A DNA stretch of 64,000 bases from Eutreptiella sp. 'Long Island Sound 2002' (taxonomy: Eukaryota; Protista; Euglenida). Below the pieces are notes generated by a model. The model was not told the origin of the DNA. It saw only the letters and a list, made by a program, of their open reading frames with translations, and did not search any database. This document shows, in pieces, positions 12,301 to 26,000 of the stretch. Position 1 is the first letter of the stretch, and each line of letters begins with the position of its first letter. The stretch covers positions 31,062,001 through 31,126,000 of the forward strand of contig OZ038378.1 of assembly GCA_964036045.1 (NCBI GenBank), written 5' to 3'. The translations under genes and the position numbers were made by a program.

Positions 12301-13875
12301 ACCGGAGAAGTCTAGGTGGCCGCCTTTTGTTAGGTGTCACCTAATGGTTTGCTATGTCATGGACCTTCCCACCCCGGGTACACCGCGCGCGACACCACTC
12401 CCCGGACATCTCAGGTTCGCACTTGGTGGTGCATGTGGCGCTTCTACCTGCAAATTTCTGGGCATATGGTACACTCATACTACACTGACATGCGCCTCCA
12501 TATGCCCAATGGCTGAAGCAACAGTGTTGTGCTGCCACGCTTGCTAGTATTGCCCGTTGGTCTCAGGCACCGAATGGTGTGCAAGCGGGTACATCCTACA
12601 AGAAACGCGGAACCGAGGCTACTGAGGGCACCAAACGGCCAAGAACCAGAATGTAGGAGTGAGTACAACACCCCACCCAAGGCCTTCACGACACAAACAG
12701 AGGGGCGTCGGGCACCAGTTGTAGGGGGCAAGGCACTTCGTGAGAATGCAACCACAGACGGAGCTAAGAACTCCAGAGCACATACATTAAGCAGAGCGAC
12801 GCCCTCCCCCTTGACCGCCCGGTCATCAAAAACCACAGGTGTTCCGAGCGCGAACACCCGTGCCCGTTTTCACCCCCCCCCCCCCCTCCCAAAGGCACGG
12901 TGGCCACAGTGGGGTGGGTGGGCCCGAGCCAAGCTCCGGCCCATACCAGTGCAGGTGCAAGTCCTGCAGACCCACCACCACCACCCTCCTCCTCTTTAAG
13001 GGGGGTCAAAAGTTGGGCTTTGCACATATTTAAATTTCGAGTCATTTGATGGGCAGTGGGCTGCCACTGGGGGAACAATGCATCTGGGGCAAAGTTGATG
13101 AGGACATGGGCTGCAGGGAGGGTTTTCTGCGTGCCGCATGCAGTGTGAATGCGCAACATAGAGATGAGACACGGTGTCAACTGACACTGTGTTCTCTGTA
13201 GGACCTCAATACCTATGAAGTTCGCGTGGTCAATGGTGCAAGTCCAGCAGGGGCTGGGGCACATGTTCAATTACCAATCTGTAGTTGAGGAGTACCGGAA
13301 AACAACAGAGGCGCTCAAATATGCGACCAGAGCGTGCAGACAAAGGGAAACGGCAAAAGGGTGATGATGGGGAGAGTGTGGTTGTGGACATTGAACAAGT
13401 GGTGTCCCCTATGAAGGACAAGCCTGATGACTCTTTACCTGATCCAGACTGAGCCTCTGCCTCTAATTCTTCCAATTCAGAATCTTCAGGTTCAGATTCG
13501 AGTTCAGATGCTGACTCAGGCGCTGATTCAGACTAAAACTGATGACCACGAAATGGTTACGCTGGTTTTGATTGGATTGCATGTGATTTGGGACCAATCG
13601 CAAGGAGGAGGGTCCCCATTCTCTAAACCCCCCCCCCAACCTAGCCAAACCCCCACTTCCCCCTTCCCCCCGTTAAGCACAGCCCTGCCCCCTGCCCCTG
13701 CCGTTGCCTCTGCCTCAGCCTCGAACTCTGCATGGGATGCAGGAGGCTGGGCCCAAAACAGCACGATCAGGAGGGGGGACAGAAGCCCACACCCCAGATG
13801 TGGAAATGCAAAGCCAGAACCAAAGCCTCTGCCTCTGCATCTGCCTCAACTGCTGTTCTCGCTCACTCACCTCAG

Positions 13876-14095
13876 GCCACTCACCAACGCGCGGCGCAAG
13901 CTTCTGGACGCAGATGCGCCATTGAGCAGTGGGGGTGAGAGCTGCCTGGTGTATATTGCAGCGGCAGATGTCCATGCCGATGGGTGGGTTGGGCGACTTA
14001 CGCATGATGGCCAGAGGGCCGGGTTCCTCCGCCACATGCCGCAGACGCGCTGTAAGTTGACGGATCCGCGGTTTGGGTCGACCGCAACTGTGCAG
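13876..14095 (+). CDS. ABCA: ABCA exon (extracellular domain), phase 2 to 0
   Basis: CTCAG|G...GTGCAG|GTACGC; open frame that joins in phase to 17106. Assigned mainly on splice signals and phase. Confidence 0.65.
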
Positions 14096-17000
14096 GTACG
14101 CCCCCCCCCCCCCCCTTAACTGGGGTCACCCCAGTTTTCATTCATTTTGTACGCACAGCTGGCGGGCCTGCCAAGTGCTGTTGGCTGAGAGCCGCTGTCC
14201 ATATGGCAAGAGCCAAGTGGAGTGCTTGGCGGCGCTTTGTGGCAGGGGATGTCGTATGATCAATTGAGCGCGGGTGTGTGTGTGTGTGTATGTGTGCGGG
14301 AGGGTGTGTGTGTTGCCGTGAAGGTTCAGTACGTGTGCTGGGTTGGTACTGGGGCTCCATCCCCCCCTCCCCCATCCCCCCTCTCCCTGGGCCAGCCCCG
14401 CCAACCAGGCAAAATGCCTGGAAATGCCCTGATGGGCAACACTCGCCAACCGGCACACTTCCTCCGCCTTTCGGGCAAACTGCCCCGCCAGCCCTGCACA
14501 TTGACAGTCCGGGGGGCCCAGTGGGCAGGAAAGAAGGGGGGCACACGGCAGGACAGTTGGTGCCAGTGGGTCCAAAACAGCGACCCCGAGTAGCACGTCA
14601 GCAGTCAGTTCATTATCCGCAACGCGCTGCTGTGCACGTGGCTTGGGAGCCAGGGGCTATTGCTGTGTCTATGGGATTGCATGCACCCCCCCCCCCCACA
14701 CACACACTATATAATTGAGCAATGGCTCTACCCCTTGTGCCGCACGCATGGCAAAGCAGCTGCGAGGGGTGTTTGTGCTGGAGCCGCAATTCGCGAGTGG
14801 AGGCGTTGATACGCAGTGGACCTGTGTGGCCCCTAGCCAGCAGCAACACTCCCGGCGTGAGCTTGGGGGGGGGGGGGGGCTACCCAATGCCCCGCATGAG
14901 CGTTTGGGGGCTAACAAATGCCATACGCACTGGACTTGGAGGGTGGGAGGGGTGGGCAAGATCTGTGGACATGGTGACCTCCCTTCCAACAGCTGCCCCC
15001 CTCGAGTTGTACAGGGGCCCTCTTTCTCTGTCTCCCATCTCACGTTCCCCGCAATTCCTTTCATTTCACACAAACGTCTCAATGAATGCAAGACACCGCA
15101 AGTAGGGCACAGTGCATACCTTGTCCGGGGCCCAGCGCAGCAGCAGCTTGACCAGGCCCAAGTGGCCCTCAGCCGCCACGTGCATTATGGGCGTGATGCT
15201 GTTGTTGCGCGCAGGTCCGTGCCAGACTGCATCAGCGCGTCCACCGCCGCCACATGCCCCTCCCGCGCCGCCAGCAGCAGCGGCGTGAACCCGGCCTCCT
15301 CAACGGCCGCCCCATCACACCTGGCCCAAAGCAGGGCGAGGCCCAGGGAATGAGACTGCGTGCAGTGCACATTACAACCACCCTGCTCATCCCCCAACCA
15401 ATTCCTCCCAATCCCCCCCAAAACTGACCTGACCAACAGGGCCTGCAGTGGGCACCAACAGCCCTGTGTGTTATGCACAAGACCCGTGCTGCACGCAGTA
15501 GGCCCAGTGCGGCGGACGCAAGGCCTGCACCTGCAGTGGGAGTGCACAGGGCGCAGGGCCGTGGGGAGTGCGGTCGTGGTGGAGCTGGTGTGCCCAAGGT
15601 GAGCGAAATGTCCCTCTGCCCTGTGATGGTGCACCCAAGGGTGGGGCCGCTGTTCCTCAGCCCTGTGCAGGTGCACACAGGGGTGGGGAAACTGACCCTG
15701 CGCCCTGTGCAGTTGCGCCCGGGGTGGAAAATGTCCCGCGCCCTGCGCCCTCTAGTGGCGCGCACAAGGGTGGAGACAACGCCCCCCTTCCCTACGCAAG
15801 AGCACGCAAAGGTGTTGGAAGTGCACGTCCACCCCTGTGTTGGTGCGCATAGGGCTGGGGCAGCTGTCTCTCTGCCTGTGGTGGTACAGGGCGTGGGAAG
15901 TCATCCTCCCCCCTTGTGCTACTCTCAAAAAGGAAGGGAAAACGTCCCTCTTCCCTATGCTAGTGTGCACAAGGGTAGGGAAGCTGTTCTTCTGCCCCGT
16001 GCTGGTGTGCACAGAGGTGGGGAGACGTCCCTCTGCCCTGTACATGTGGGGAACCGTTCCCTCTGCCCTGTGCTGTTGCGTACAAGAAAGGGCAAGCCGT
16101 CCCTCCTACCTATCCTTGTGTGCACAGGGCTAGGGAAACTGTCCCTCTACCCTGTGCGAATGAGCAGAGGGGTAGGTAAAACGTCCCTCTGCCCCATGCT
16201 GGTGTGCGCAGGATTAGTAAAACTGGTCCTCCGCCCTATGATAGTGTGCACATGGGTGGGGAAATCGTCCCTCTTCTTCTGCTAGGGTGCTCAGGGGTCG
16301 GGAAATTGTCCCCCCGCTGTGTGATGGTGTGCACAGGGGTAGGGCAACTGTCCCTCTGCCGTGTGCTGGTGTGTCGGGTTCCCCACCCCTGTGCACGCCA
16401 ACACACAGCGGAGGTTCAAGTTCCCCATCCCTCCGCACACCAGCATTGGGTGAAAGGACGCTTTCCCTATCCATGTGCACATCAACCCAGGGTGGAGAGA
16501 TGGCATAGCCACCCCCATACACACCAGCACAGAGTGGAGGGACCGTTGCCCCACCCGTCCGCGTGCATAGGGGTGGGAAACTTGTCCCTGCACCTTGTGC
16601 TGCTCTCCACAGGGGTGTGGAAACCGTCCCTCCTCCCTATGCTAGTGTGCACAAGGGTGTGGAACCTGTCCTTGCATCCGGTGTTGGTGAGCAGAGGGTT
16701 GGGAAACCGCCTCCCTGCCCTGTGCAAGTGTGCACAAGGGTGGAGAAGCCGTCCCTCCACCCTGTGCTTGTGTGCACGGGGGTAGGGTATTTGTGCCTCT
16801 GCCAAGTGTTGGTGTGCATAGGGGTGAGGAAACCATCCCATCGCCCGGTGTTGCTAAGCATAGGCATCCAAAGGGGATGCCATCCCTCTGCCCCATGCCA
16901 CTGCGCACAGGGGAGGGGATGCCATCCCCCCTCCCTGTGCTGGTGTGCACAGAGGTAGGGACAGTGTGCCTCCGCTCGGCTCTTGTGGCTCCGTGACCCC

Positions 17001-20000
17001 TTAGGGACAGAGTGCCATTCAGCCCCAGAGGGGGACACCCCCCCGAACTTGACCCATCTGATACCCATTCGATACCCCTACTGCCTTTAGGTCCCTCACT
17101 TCCAGTTCGCCTCAGGCTCCTATTCCGAGCTGGAGGACGCTGTATTCCACAACATAGCGTCCCTGAAGAATGAGCAGTGGTCCCAGATTGTACAGCCGCC
17201 TCTACTACACCTGCTGCCAGATGCGCTCATAGGTCGCCCTTCTGCGCTAAGAATGACGTGGGCTGTTGCGGGTTTCCTGGCTGCTGCTGGGGGAGGGACT
17301 TTGGATATCATGCCAGTCATCATGAAAAGCAGAGCGCCTGCGAGAGGATTTCCGGATCATGCATGACCAGACGCAAGTGCACTTGGGAGAGCATATGACC
17401 AGACCTTTACAACTGCAGAGGCAGTCGCAGCCAACATTTCAATGCCTCATACTGATGGGCGCAATTTGTAGTGACCACCCTCCCCTGCACGCGGGCTTGC
17501 ACTTGAAGGCGGGGGGCGGGGCCCCATGACGAAGTGTGTTCAGCCGAAAGTACCGACATGCACGCGTACTCCTCCTTTGATGGCCTGATGTGGTGGTCAG
17601 CCCAGCCAACTGCTTCTGTCCGCCCCCAACTGATTTGTACACGCCAGACATTGCCTCCCAACCGCCGAAGGGAGCCACTTCTGCAACCACTCTTGAAATG
17701 CCCAGTTGTCCCCGCTCTCCCTCAAGCCCCATGCCTGCCGGCCCCCCTTTCCCTGTCAACCGAGAGGCGGTGCCTGGGGCGCAGCAGGAATACCCCCCAG
17801 GATCAAGCCCATTGCTTGTGTGCAGGTGCAGGCACTCCCTCCATGTCCTGCAACCATCCTCCAGCCATGATCCTGCTTCGTTTGCCCCCCTGCAGTCTGC
17901 TTTTCCCTGTGCCACTGCGCACACCGTGGCTCGGACCCGCCTGTTCACAAGACAATGAACCGGCGCTGTATTCATTGGCGTGGGAATGGATCTGCCACTG
18001 GGCACTGAGCAAACGGGTGTCCCACACCAACTAAGAAACGTCATGCAATCACAGCAAAGCACACGCACATCTTTGCATCGCAGGCCCTCATGCACCAGCC
18101 TCTGACACACAGCACCGGCGGCCTCGTGGCACCGCCGCGGTGTGCTCATGATTCCGTTGCTCTGTCTGCAGATTTTAACGCTGTCCGGGCGGATCATGGG
18201 CGCCTGCAGTACTCGTTCGCTGTCAACGACAATGTATACATTTTGTACCACAGGTGCATGCCCTCTCCGGATTTTGGTCCAGCCTTTGCATCCCTTGCTA
18301 TCCCTCACTGCTCCAGTGCTGCGAAGACGGGGCGCCCGTGCACACACCAATTGCCCATGCCCCAGAGCCCCCCCCCCCCCCCTCTAGGAGCCACACAACG
18401 CAGAGCCAAACAGCGCCACACAGCGCCTCACAGAACCCTATGGGTGGAAACAGCCATACGCTGTTAAAAGTCATAGGGGCTGCGGAGCATCCGAAAGAAA
18501 AGGTTTCTCTTTGGAATCCATCCACCCAGTGGGGCTGATGGTGTGCTGGGGGTCAAATTTCCCCTTGGGGTCTGATGCGCATCAAAGACAACCCCACCTT
18601 TGCCTTGACCAGCAAGCAACATACAGCCCTCAGATGGATTGGCACACTCTGGCACTCCGGAAGGGCTGAGCCACCGGATGGGAGACCACCACAACACCCG
18701 TGGGTACACACACAGCAAAAATTACCTAAGGTGGACATCAGCATACTTGCCCTGTTTTTGTGGGAACTCCTTTTATGGTAATTTTTTGGACCCTTTGGAA
18801 AGGAGACGTCTTACTGCCGCAGCCAACCTCAGTGACACACAAAGACACAACATTTTTCACTGTGTCCCGTGCGGTCCGAGGCTGTAATGTATGGCCGCCT
18901 ATCTTCAGAACGAAGATGGTATCCGGCCCCTTCCGCATCCACAACAAACGTGCCGCCAAGTCTTGCCAACACTGCTGGGCATGCATGACTGACACCAGGA
19001 AGCCCGAAACCAGCCGTATTGTGAGGTTGGTAGCCCTGGCTGAGCCTTGTCAGGATCTCACACAACCATTGGGACAAAATGTGGGTCTTTGACAGAAAAA
19101 GCACACCAAGGCTGACCCCCCGAGCCGTGGCCAGATGGAACTGGTGCTGAGAAGCCAGACTGCACTGGTCGTGTGGACCTACCGACCCCAAGTCGCATTG
19201 TTTGGAGATACGGATTGCCACGGAAACAGGCATCTTCTCGGCAATGGACAGTTTTCGGGGGAGTTCCGCAACCGGCAAGGGCCATGTCCAGCGGCAATCC
19301 AAGTTCGCAGATGCTGAGGTCAGGGTGTGTTGGCACGTTCCGGGCCCGGGAATGCGCACGAGCCCCCGGCACGTGTTCGGGGCACACCCCACCCGATTTC
19401 CGGACATGGGGAGGGCCCCATGTATCCATGTATGCCCTGCACACTTCCTGGCTCGGACCAGCCTGTTCACAAGACAGTGACTCACTGTCTTGACGTGCTG
19501 TATTAACCGACGTTTGAATGGACCTGCCGCTGCACACTGAACAAATAGCTGTTCAACAACAAGCCAAAACCGTTGAGCAATCACAAGGCGGGGACACAGC
19601 ATTGCACGGGGTGGGGATGCATGTGAGGCACAGGCCCGGGGCATTTAGCGGGTATGAGAGTCTTGGGGGTCTTGACTTTCTTTAGACCCAGAAATGCGTA
19701 CACGGTCCCGACTTTCCGGACCCCGAAACGTAATCTCTGAGAGCCCAGCCGTGGCCGGCCAGGCGTCCAAAATGGCCATAACTCGCTCTCGGCGCGTCGA
19801 AATGGGCCGAAACACAGGCCATCGGGTGCACCTTGTTAAGCTCTACGTTTTCTGTTGTGCGGAAAATTCGCTAAGAATGCACATAGCCCCGTGAAATCGC
19901 CATTTATTGTACTTTTTGGGCCTCTGCGTGCACGCCTTGCGGGCAACACACTCTGCCTGTTGCCTTTGCAGAGCCAACAATTTTACACGGGTTTCTGCTG

Positions 20001-23000
20001 AGCTGGTCGATCTCACGGTGCACAACACGGCCCTTGTGAAGTCAGACGTATGTGCTGTTCCCCCAGTCGGGACGAAGGGCTCCTGGGGTGAGGGTAGGTT
20101 GAGTCATGAGGTCCTTGTAGAAATGGGTCAGGGCTGAAGGAAGTGAGATTGGCCCCTATATGCCACCCCAGCTGTGGTGGCAGCGGTGCTTTGTATGCCG
20201 CGTACCGGCGGGTGCGCTGGTTCGAATCTTTCAATGGGCTCCTTTTTACTGGTCCAGCTCCAAGGATATTGAACGTTGAGTGAACAGTTTTACCTGATGA
20301 CATTTTCATGTTTCTCCGAGGTTTGTATCAACGTAGCCTTGGTAATGCAGCGGTGCATTGCATGCCAGGTACTGGCGGGTTTGCAGGCTCGAAACCTGCC
20401 CTGGGCTACTTTTTTGCTGGTCTGGCTTCAGGAATATTGAACGTTAAGTGAAGAGTTCTACATGGTTGCATTTTCATGTTACTCCAAGCACCCGGTATAG
20501 AGTAATGGTACAGAACGACATCATAGTCGTAGTGATGGTATGCAGTGTATACTGGCGAGAGATGCTGTAGAATGATGGCATAGAATGATGGTAAAGAAAA
20601 ACGGTACAGAGTGATGGTACAGAATAACAGTGTAGAGTGCTGATATGGAGTATTGGTGACGGTTTTGAACGATGGCAGAGAGCAGTGGTATATACTGACG
20701 GTATGCAGTAACGGACAGAGACCACTGTACACCCCTGCCCACCACTACACACCCCATTGCCACTACTGCCCCCCCCCCCCATTGCCATTTTGATGCTGGC
20801 CTCTGAGAACAAACACAACGGGCAACAACCGACGGGCAACAACCGGCGGCGTACAGTTCAGGCAATTTCGTTGAACCCTATTGCCACTTCGTTGGCATGG
20901 GCGCCCCCCCCCCCCCTTTACTGTGTCAACACAATACCCATGGCAACAATCCGGCAAGTGAGGGAGACAGCGTGTGTGCACACGCGCACACACGTGCAAA
21001 GCATCCATGCTGGCACACAGCAAAAGAACGTACTGACATCCTTTCCAAATATTGCCCCATAAAACGTGCGCTAAGTGTTCAACTGGCAGCGCAATCGATT
21101 TGACACCAGCACTGAGTGCCACAACGGCCCCTCCTATGTTTCAGACCCTGCAGATACACCTGACCGGGACGCGATCAGGAGGTGATCCAAAGGTAATTGC
21201 AGTTTGATAGGGGGCTGATCGGGACGTGATTGGGAGGTTTTTCGGAGATGATTGCGAGATGATTGGAGGCAATTGGGATGTAATTGGGAGGTCAGGAGGT
21301 GATCAGAGGTGATGGAAAGGGATCCGGGGGTGGTCGAAGTCTCTACCGATTCATCACCCATACACCCACACACACTATCGAGCTGTTCATGCGCTGATCA
21401 CCCCACTCCCAGCAGTGCCCACGCACCGTCCCCTACCCCTCTTCCCCAATGTGCCTCCCCTGATTTCCCTTTCCCCCCCACAACCACCCTGTTCATAAGA
21501 CAGTAAATCTCTGGTGCTGTTCTCAACCGCGTTAGAACGGCGCAGGATGCACCGCTGCACACTAAACAAATAGCTGTTCAACAACAAGCCAAAACCGTTG
21601 AGCAATCACAAGGCGGGAACACAGCATTGCACGGGGTGGGGATGCGCGTGAGGCACAGGCCCGGGGCATTTAGCGGGTATGAGAGTCTTGGGGGTCTTGA
21701 CTCTTTTCAGACCCAGAAATGCGTCCCCCCTCACACCCCCGGGGCACACACCCACAGGTTCTGACCCCGGAGTTGGGTCGCATGAAACTGATGACGTGGG
21801 TGAACCAGGCGTTCATCCGCGAGGCGGCGGGTCTGCCCCTGTACACCGACGTGGGGCGCCTCATGGCCTCCAACTTCATCCAGCCATTTCCGGACTACGT
21901 GTTCGTGGACACCCCCTCCATCGTCGAATGGGTGGGCACATTTCTTTACCCCTTGGCCCTGACGGTGCAGCTGCCCATTTATATGTACCTCATCGTGCTG
22001 GAGAAGGAAGACGGTATGCAATGCGGAAGTGGGGGGACCGGGGACAGAATCTTTGCCATCCCTCCGAACCAAGTTTGGAGCACCCTCCAGACTTCACGGT
22101 CATTTGAATGACTGACACATACAGGCGCTGGTGTGGGAGGGACGGCAAGGGGTTGAAGCAGCAGGGGCAACGGTCCTGATCTCACCCACCAAAAACGGGT
22201 GGGGGGAGGGCACCATGCGGTAGCCTAATAAACTACCAGCTTTCACGGAACTCCCCCCCTCCCCCCCCCACACACCGACCTCAATCATCAAACGCAGGTC
22301 ACACAGAGGCATGAAACAGGACACTACATGGGGGCGATGAGCAAAGCTGTTGGGGACAACATCGGATGGGGAAGCGGTTGGAGAACGGTTGGGGGCGGAC
22401 GGACCCACCACCTGAAGAGAGTGGGAGTACATGGCCTGCTTCAAGTCCAGGCTATCTTGTGTTTGCTGACAGGGGGGGGGGGGCTGACAGTAACACGGCA
22501 TTGCACCTTAGCACAACATGATGCTGCCACCACCTTCCATGCAAGACCGCCATGACCACCACCACGCTTCAGGAAGTGGATTGGGGCCTGACGGACAAGC
22601 ATCGAGGGGGCGGGGTGTGATGTGCAGCACTGGCGTCCCGGTAGCACCCCCGGGGCAGGTGGTTTTGCAATCATAGCGCTGCTCGCGCACCCCTGAGGCC
22701 TTTGCTCCCCCGCCAGGGTGGGGGGGTTCAGCAGAAGCGAATGTGGCTCCTCCCGGGCATCGCTCAAAGTGCTTTTGGCCTCTTTTGAGGCAATTCTGCA
22801 CTTTTTTTCGCTTTTTTGTCAGCCAACACTCCAAAAGCCTTGGAAATGGGGGATGCTTATCCTGCGGCGCCTGTGGCATGCCCTGCGGCGCGCAACTTGG
22901 GTAGTTATCATGGAACATAGGCAACATAGTGGTACATACACACATGCGTTTTTTATATAACGCATAAGCCTATACACCCTTTTCCCCCTACTTTTGTTAC

Positions 23001-26000
23001 TATTTTTACCTTTTTGGGCCTCTATGGTGCATTTGTTGCCCGTCCCCAATATGGAATGGGCCGTGTATGAATTTTGAGTCGTCCCTGCTTTGCGCACTCT
23101 TTAGACGGCAAGGGTTAGTTAGCACGGGGGTGGTTGCTAGCCAGGAGCCAACCCCAAGCCCCCCCCCCCCCCCCTCAGACCCCAAAATGGTTCTGCGGAA
23201 CATTCACGTTCAAATTTTCCGAACAAGTTCTGAGGGCTGAGTTCCGAGTGCTGAGTTCAAGAGGATTTGCAGATATACAGCGGCGACCCCTGTCAATAGG
23301 GTGTGCCCACATTTAAGTCCAATTTTCCCGGATGAAGCTGAGGCGTAGCCTTGCTTGAGAAGGAGGGGAACCACAAGGGGGCTTCAAGTGAAGCAGTGAC
23401 TGTCCCCAACCCGCCTTCATGGAGCACCCCCTCCCCAGGCCTACACTGCCCTCCAACTGTTTTGCAACCGCCCGCACAGCTACTGAAACCGCTCTCCAAC
23501 TGCCAGTAACCGCTGCTGTAGCCGCTCTTGAACCCTCCCATCACCCTCCCTCCCCCTCAAGGGCAGCCCTGCCCCTTCCACACATTTAGACTGTAAGGTT
23601 TTTTGTCTCTCACCCAGGAAGGAGTGCTCCGCGGTACAACATCACGCCGCAAAACGGACTAAGGGGGCCCAGGAGCACTTGCTTGGGCATGTTTGGTCTG
23701 GGCTCTATTTTAGAACGCTGCATTCTTTGACCTAATTGGGCCCTCAAAATGGTTCATGGGAGCACTAGCTATGCGCCATGGGCGTGCCGCACACACCACA
23801 AGGGAAGGGTAATTAGCTTTAGTGTGCACTATCTAGGAAATATACACCGGAACAAAAATTTTCCGTGCACATTGATCTGTTGACACCATCACTCTCTGCA
23901 GAGGAAAGACCAAGGCACCGCCATATCAAGCCGGGGCTGAGCTCGAGGGCTAGATCTTCCATGATCAACAAACAACGTTTGTATAGCACCTCATCTTGCC
24001 CGATGTGGCGCTCAAAGCACTCTTATATGTCGCCATAGGTTTCGTTTAGCTGAGTTCAACAGATTACATTTGACACCCACAAAGCCCATTCCCCATCTCG
24101 TTCAGCCCATCTCCCTGGAGGATCTCTTCGATGAGGCCGACATGGAGTGGGACATGATCATGGGGTACACTTTCATGGTTGACACCAATACAAGAGTTCT
24201 ACCAGCACAGTCGAGCATGATCCTGCACCAGGACGACCGGCTGTTGTGGCCGTTGACCAGGAACCACCACGGCGATTGAGCTCCTCGTGTAGGACGAAGT
24301 TGAGGGTGAGCATGGCCTCTCGGGTGTCTCCTGACATGTATTGCCCGTTGGCTACCTTCAGCCTCACGGGTCTTTGGCCAGGTCGCAGAGAGTCACCGGG
24401 CAACAAACCAATCGTGATCAGGCTAACTTTTGCACTGTTGTCGACGAGAATGTCGAGAACTAGCTCCATACCACCCACGGATACCTTGACCTTCAGATGC
24501 AACTACATCTCACGACCAACCTCTCACACAGCATGCAATCCGAGGATTTTGGGCATCGTGAGCAGCTCCACCAGCAGCTGATACACGTGGTGGGTTACGG
24601 GCTATGCACGCCCATTTGCGACCTCTAGCTGCAAGGCTGATGCGCCCTTAGGCATGTGATGAAGCCAACCCTCCTACGCATTTGACACGGGTAGAAATGG
24701 AATGGCCCAAGGCACCTGTGCAGAAGGAGGATGCAGACACCAACAGGGCACTTTTGGCCGGGAACAATGTCACGACCAAAACGGTGGTTCTCCATAGCCA
24801 CAACTACGCGGTGGGGTGTTTCATTCGCATGATTTAGGTGTAGCCCCCCCCCCCCCCCCCAAGGCCCTGCACTCGTGCCACAGGCAGGAGCAATTTTTTT
24901 TGTAAGAGTGGAGTGATGACTCTAATCCAAACGAGCCGTGTTAGCGATTCAATTACTAATCGGGTCTTTTCACCCACGGTGAATGGGCCTTTAGCCACCC
25001 CTCTGTGTGTGTTTTCAACATGCTCATATTTCAACCACGAAATTCAAAAATGCCTCCGAAATCCAGACCCCACAACTTACGCCGCGGGCTAAGAACTGTG
25101 CTGAAGTGTCCCCCATGGCCGCAACAGTATTTGTGGCCCCCCCATGTGTAGTCAAGCCGGTTCCCGATGTGCCAAGGATGTGCATTTTGAATTAGAAGGC
25201 AGTGGCATTTGAACCGAGGGGACTGGCAAGGGCTCAGATGGTGCATAGGCGGGTGTGGCTAGGGGGGGGGGGGGGGGGCTCAAAAATCCGATAGCGTGGG
25301 GGTTTTGGAAACCCCCCTTTTTTTAAAATGGTCCGTGGGGGGTTTTTTAAGGGTGTTTTTCAACGCAGATATTCTTTTGGGCTGCACATTCAAAGTTTTG
25401 TCCTTGCCCCCAATGCAACCACTTTTGATTTTGTCCCCTTTGCTGGGGACCCATGAGAGCGCAGGGGTTACGTAGCACTTCTGCCCACTTGTGGGCCCCC
25501 GAGAAGGCAGGGGTAAGGAAGCCAATTCTGATTTTCTCCCCGCGCTTGGCGTTGGGGACCCCCGAGATTGCAAGGGTGACGTAGCAATCTCGCCCACTTG
25601 TGGGCCCCCGAGAAGGCAGGGCTGGGGCAGCCCATTCTGATTTTCTCCCGTTTCTTGGGGACCCCCAAGAATGCAAGGGTGACGTAGCAATCCCGCCCAC
25701 TTGTGGGCCCCCAAGAAGGCAGGGGTGAGGGAGCCAATTTTGATTATCTCCCCTTTGTTGGGGACCCCCGAGAATGCACGGGTGACGTAGCAATCCCACC
25801 CTCTTTTGGGCCCCCGAGAAGGCAGGGGTGAGGCAGCCAATTCTGATTTTCTCCCGGCGCTTCGCGTTGGGGATCCCCGAGAATGCAGGGGTGACATAGC
25901 AATTCCGCCCACTTGTGGGCCCCCGAGAGGGCAAGGGTGAGGAAGCCAATTTTGATTTTTCCCCCTCGCTTGGTGTAGGGGACCCCCGAGAATGCAGGGG

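Noticed and set aside
12980-13530. Possible spliced acidic, Ser-rich gene fragment
   Set aside because: It has stops and frameshifts, no recognisable domain, and no phase-compatible link to ABCA.
17116-17116. Alternative acceptor for the 17.1-kb exon
   Set aside because: It is phase 1 and incompatible with the upstream phase-0 donor; the acceptor before 17106 fits.
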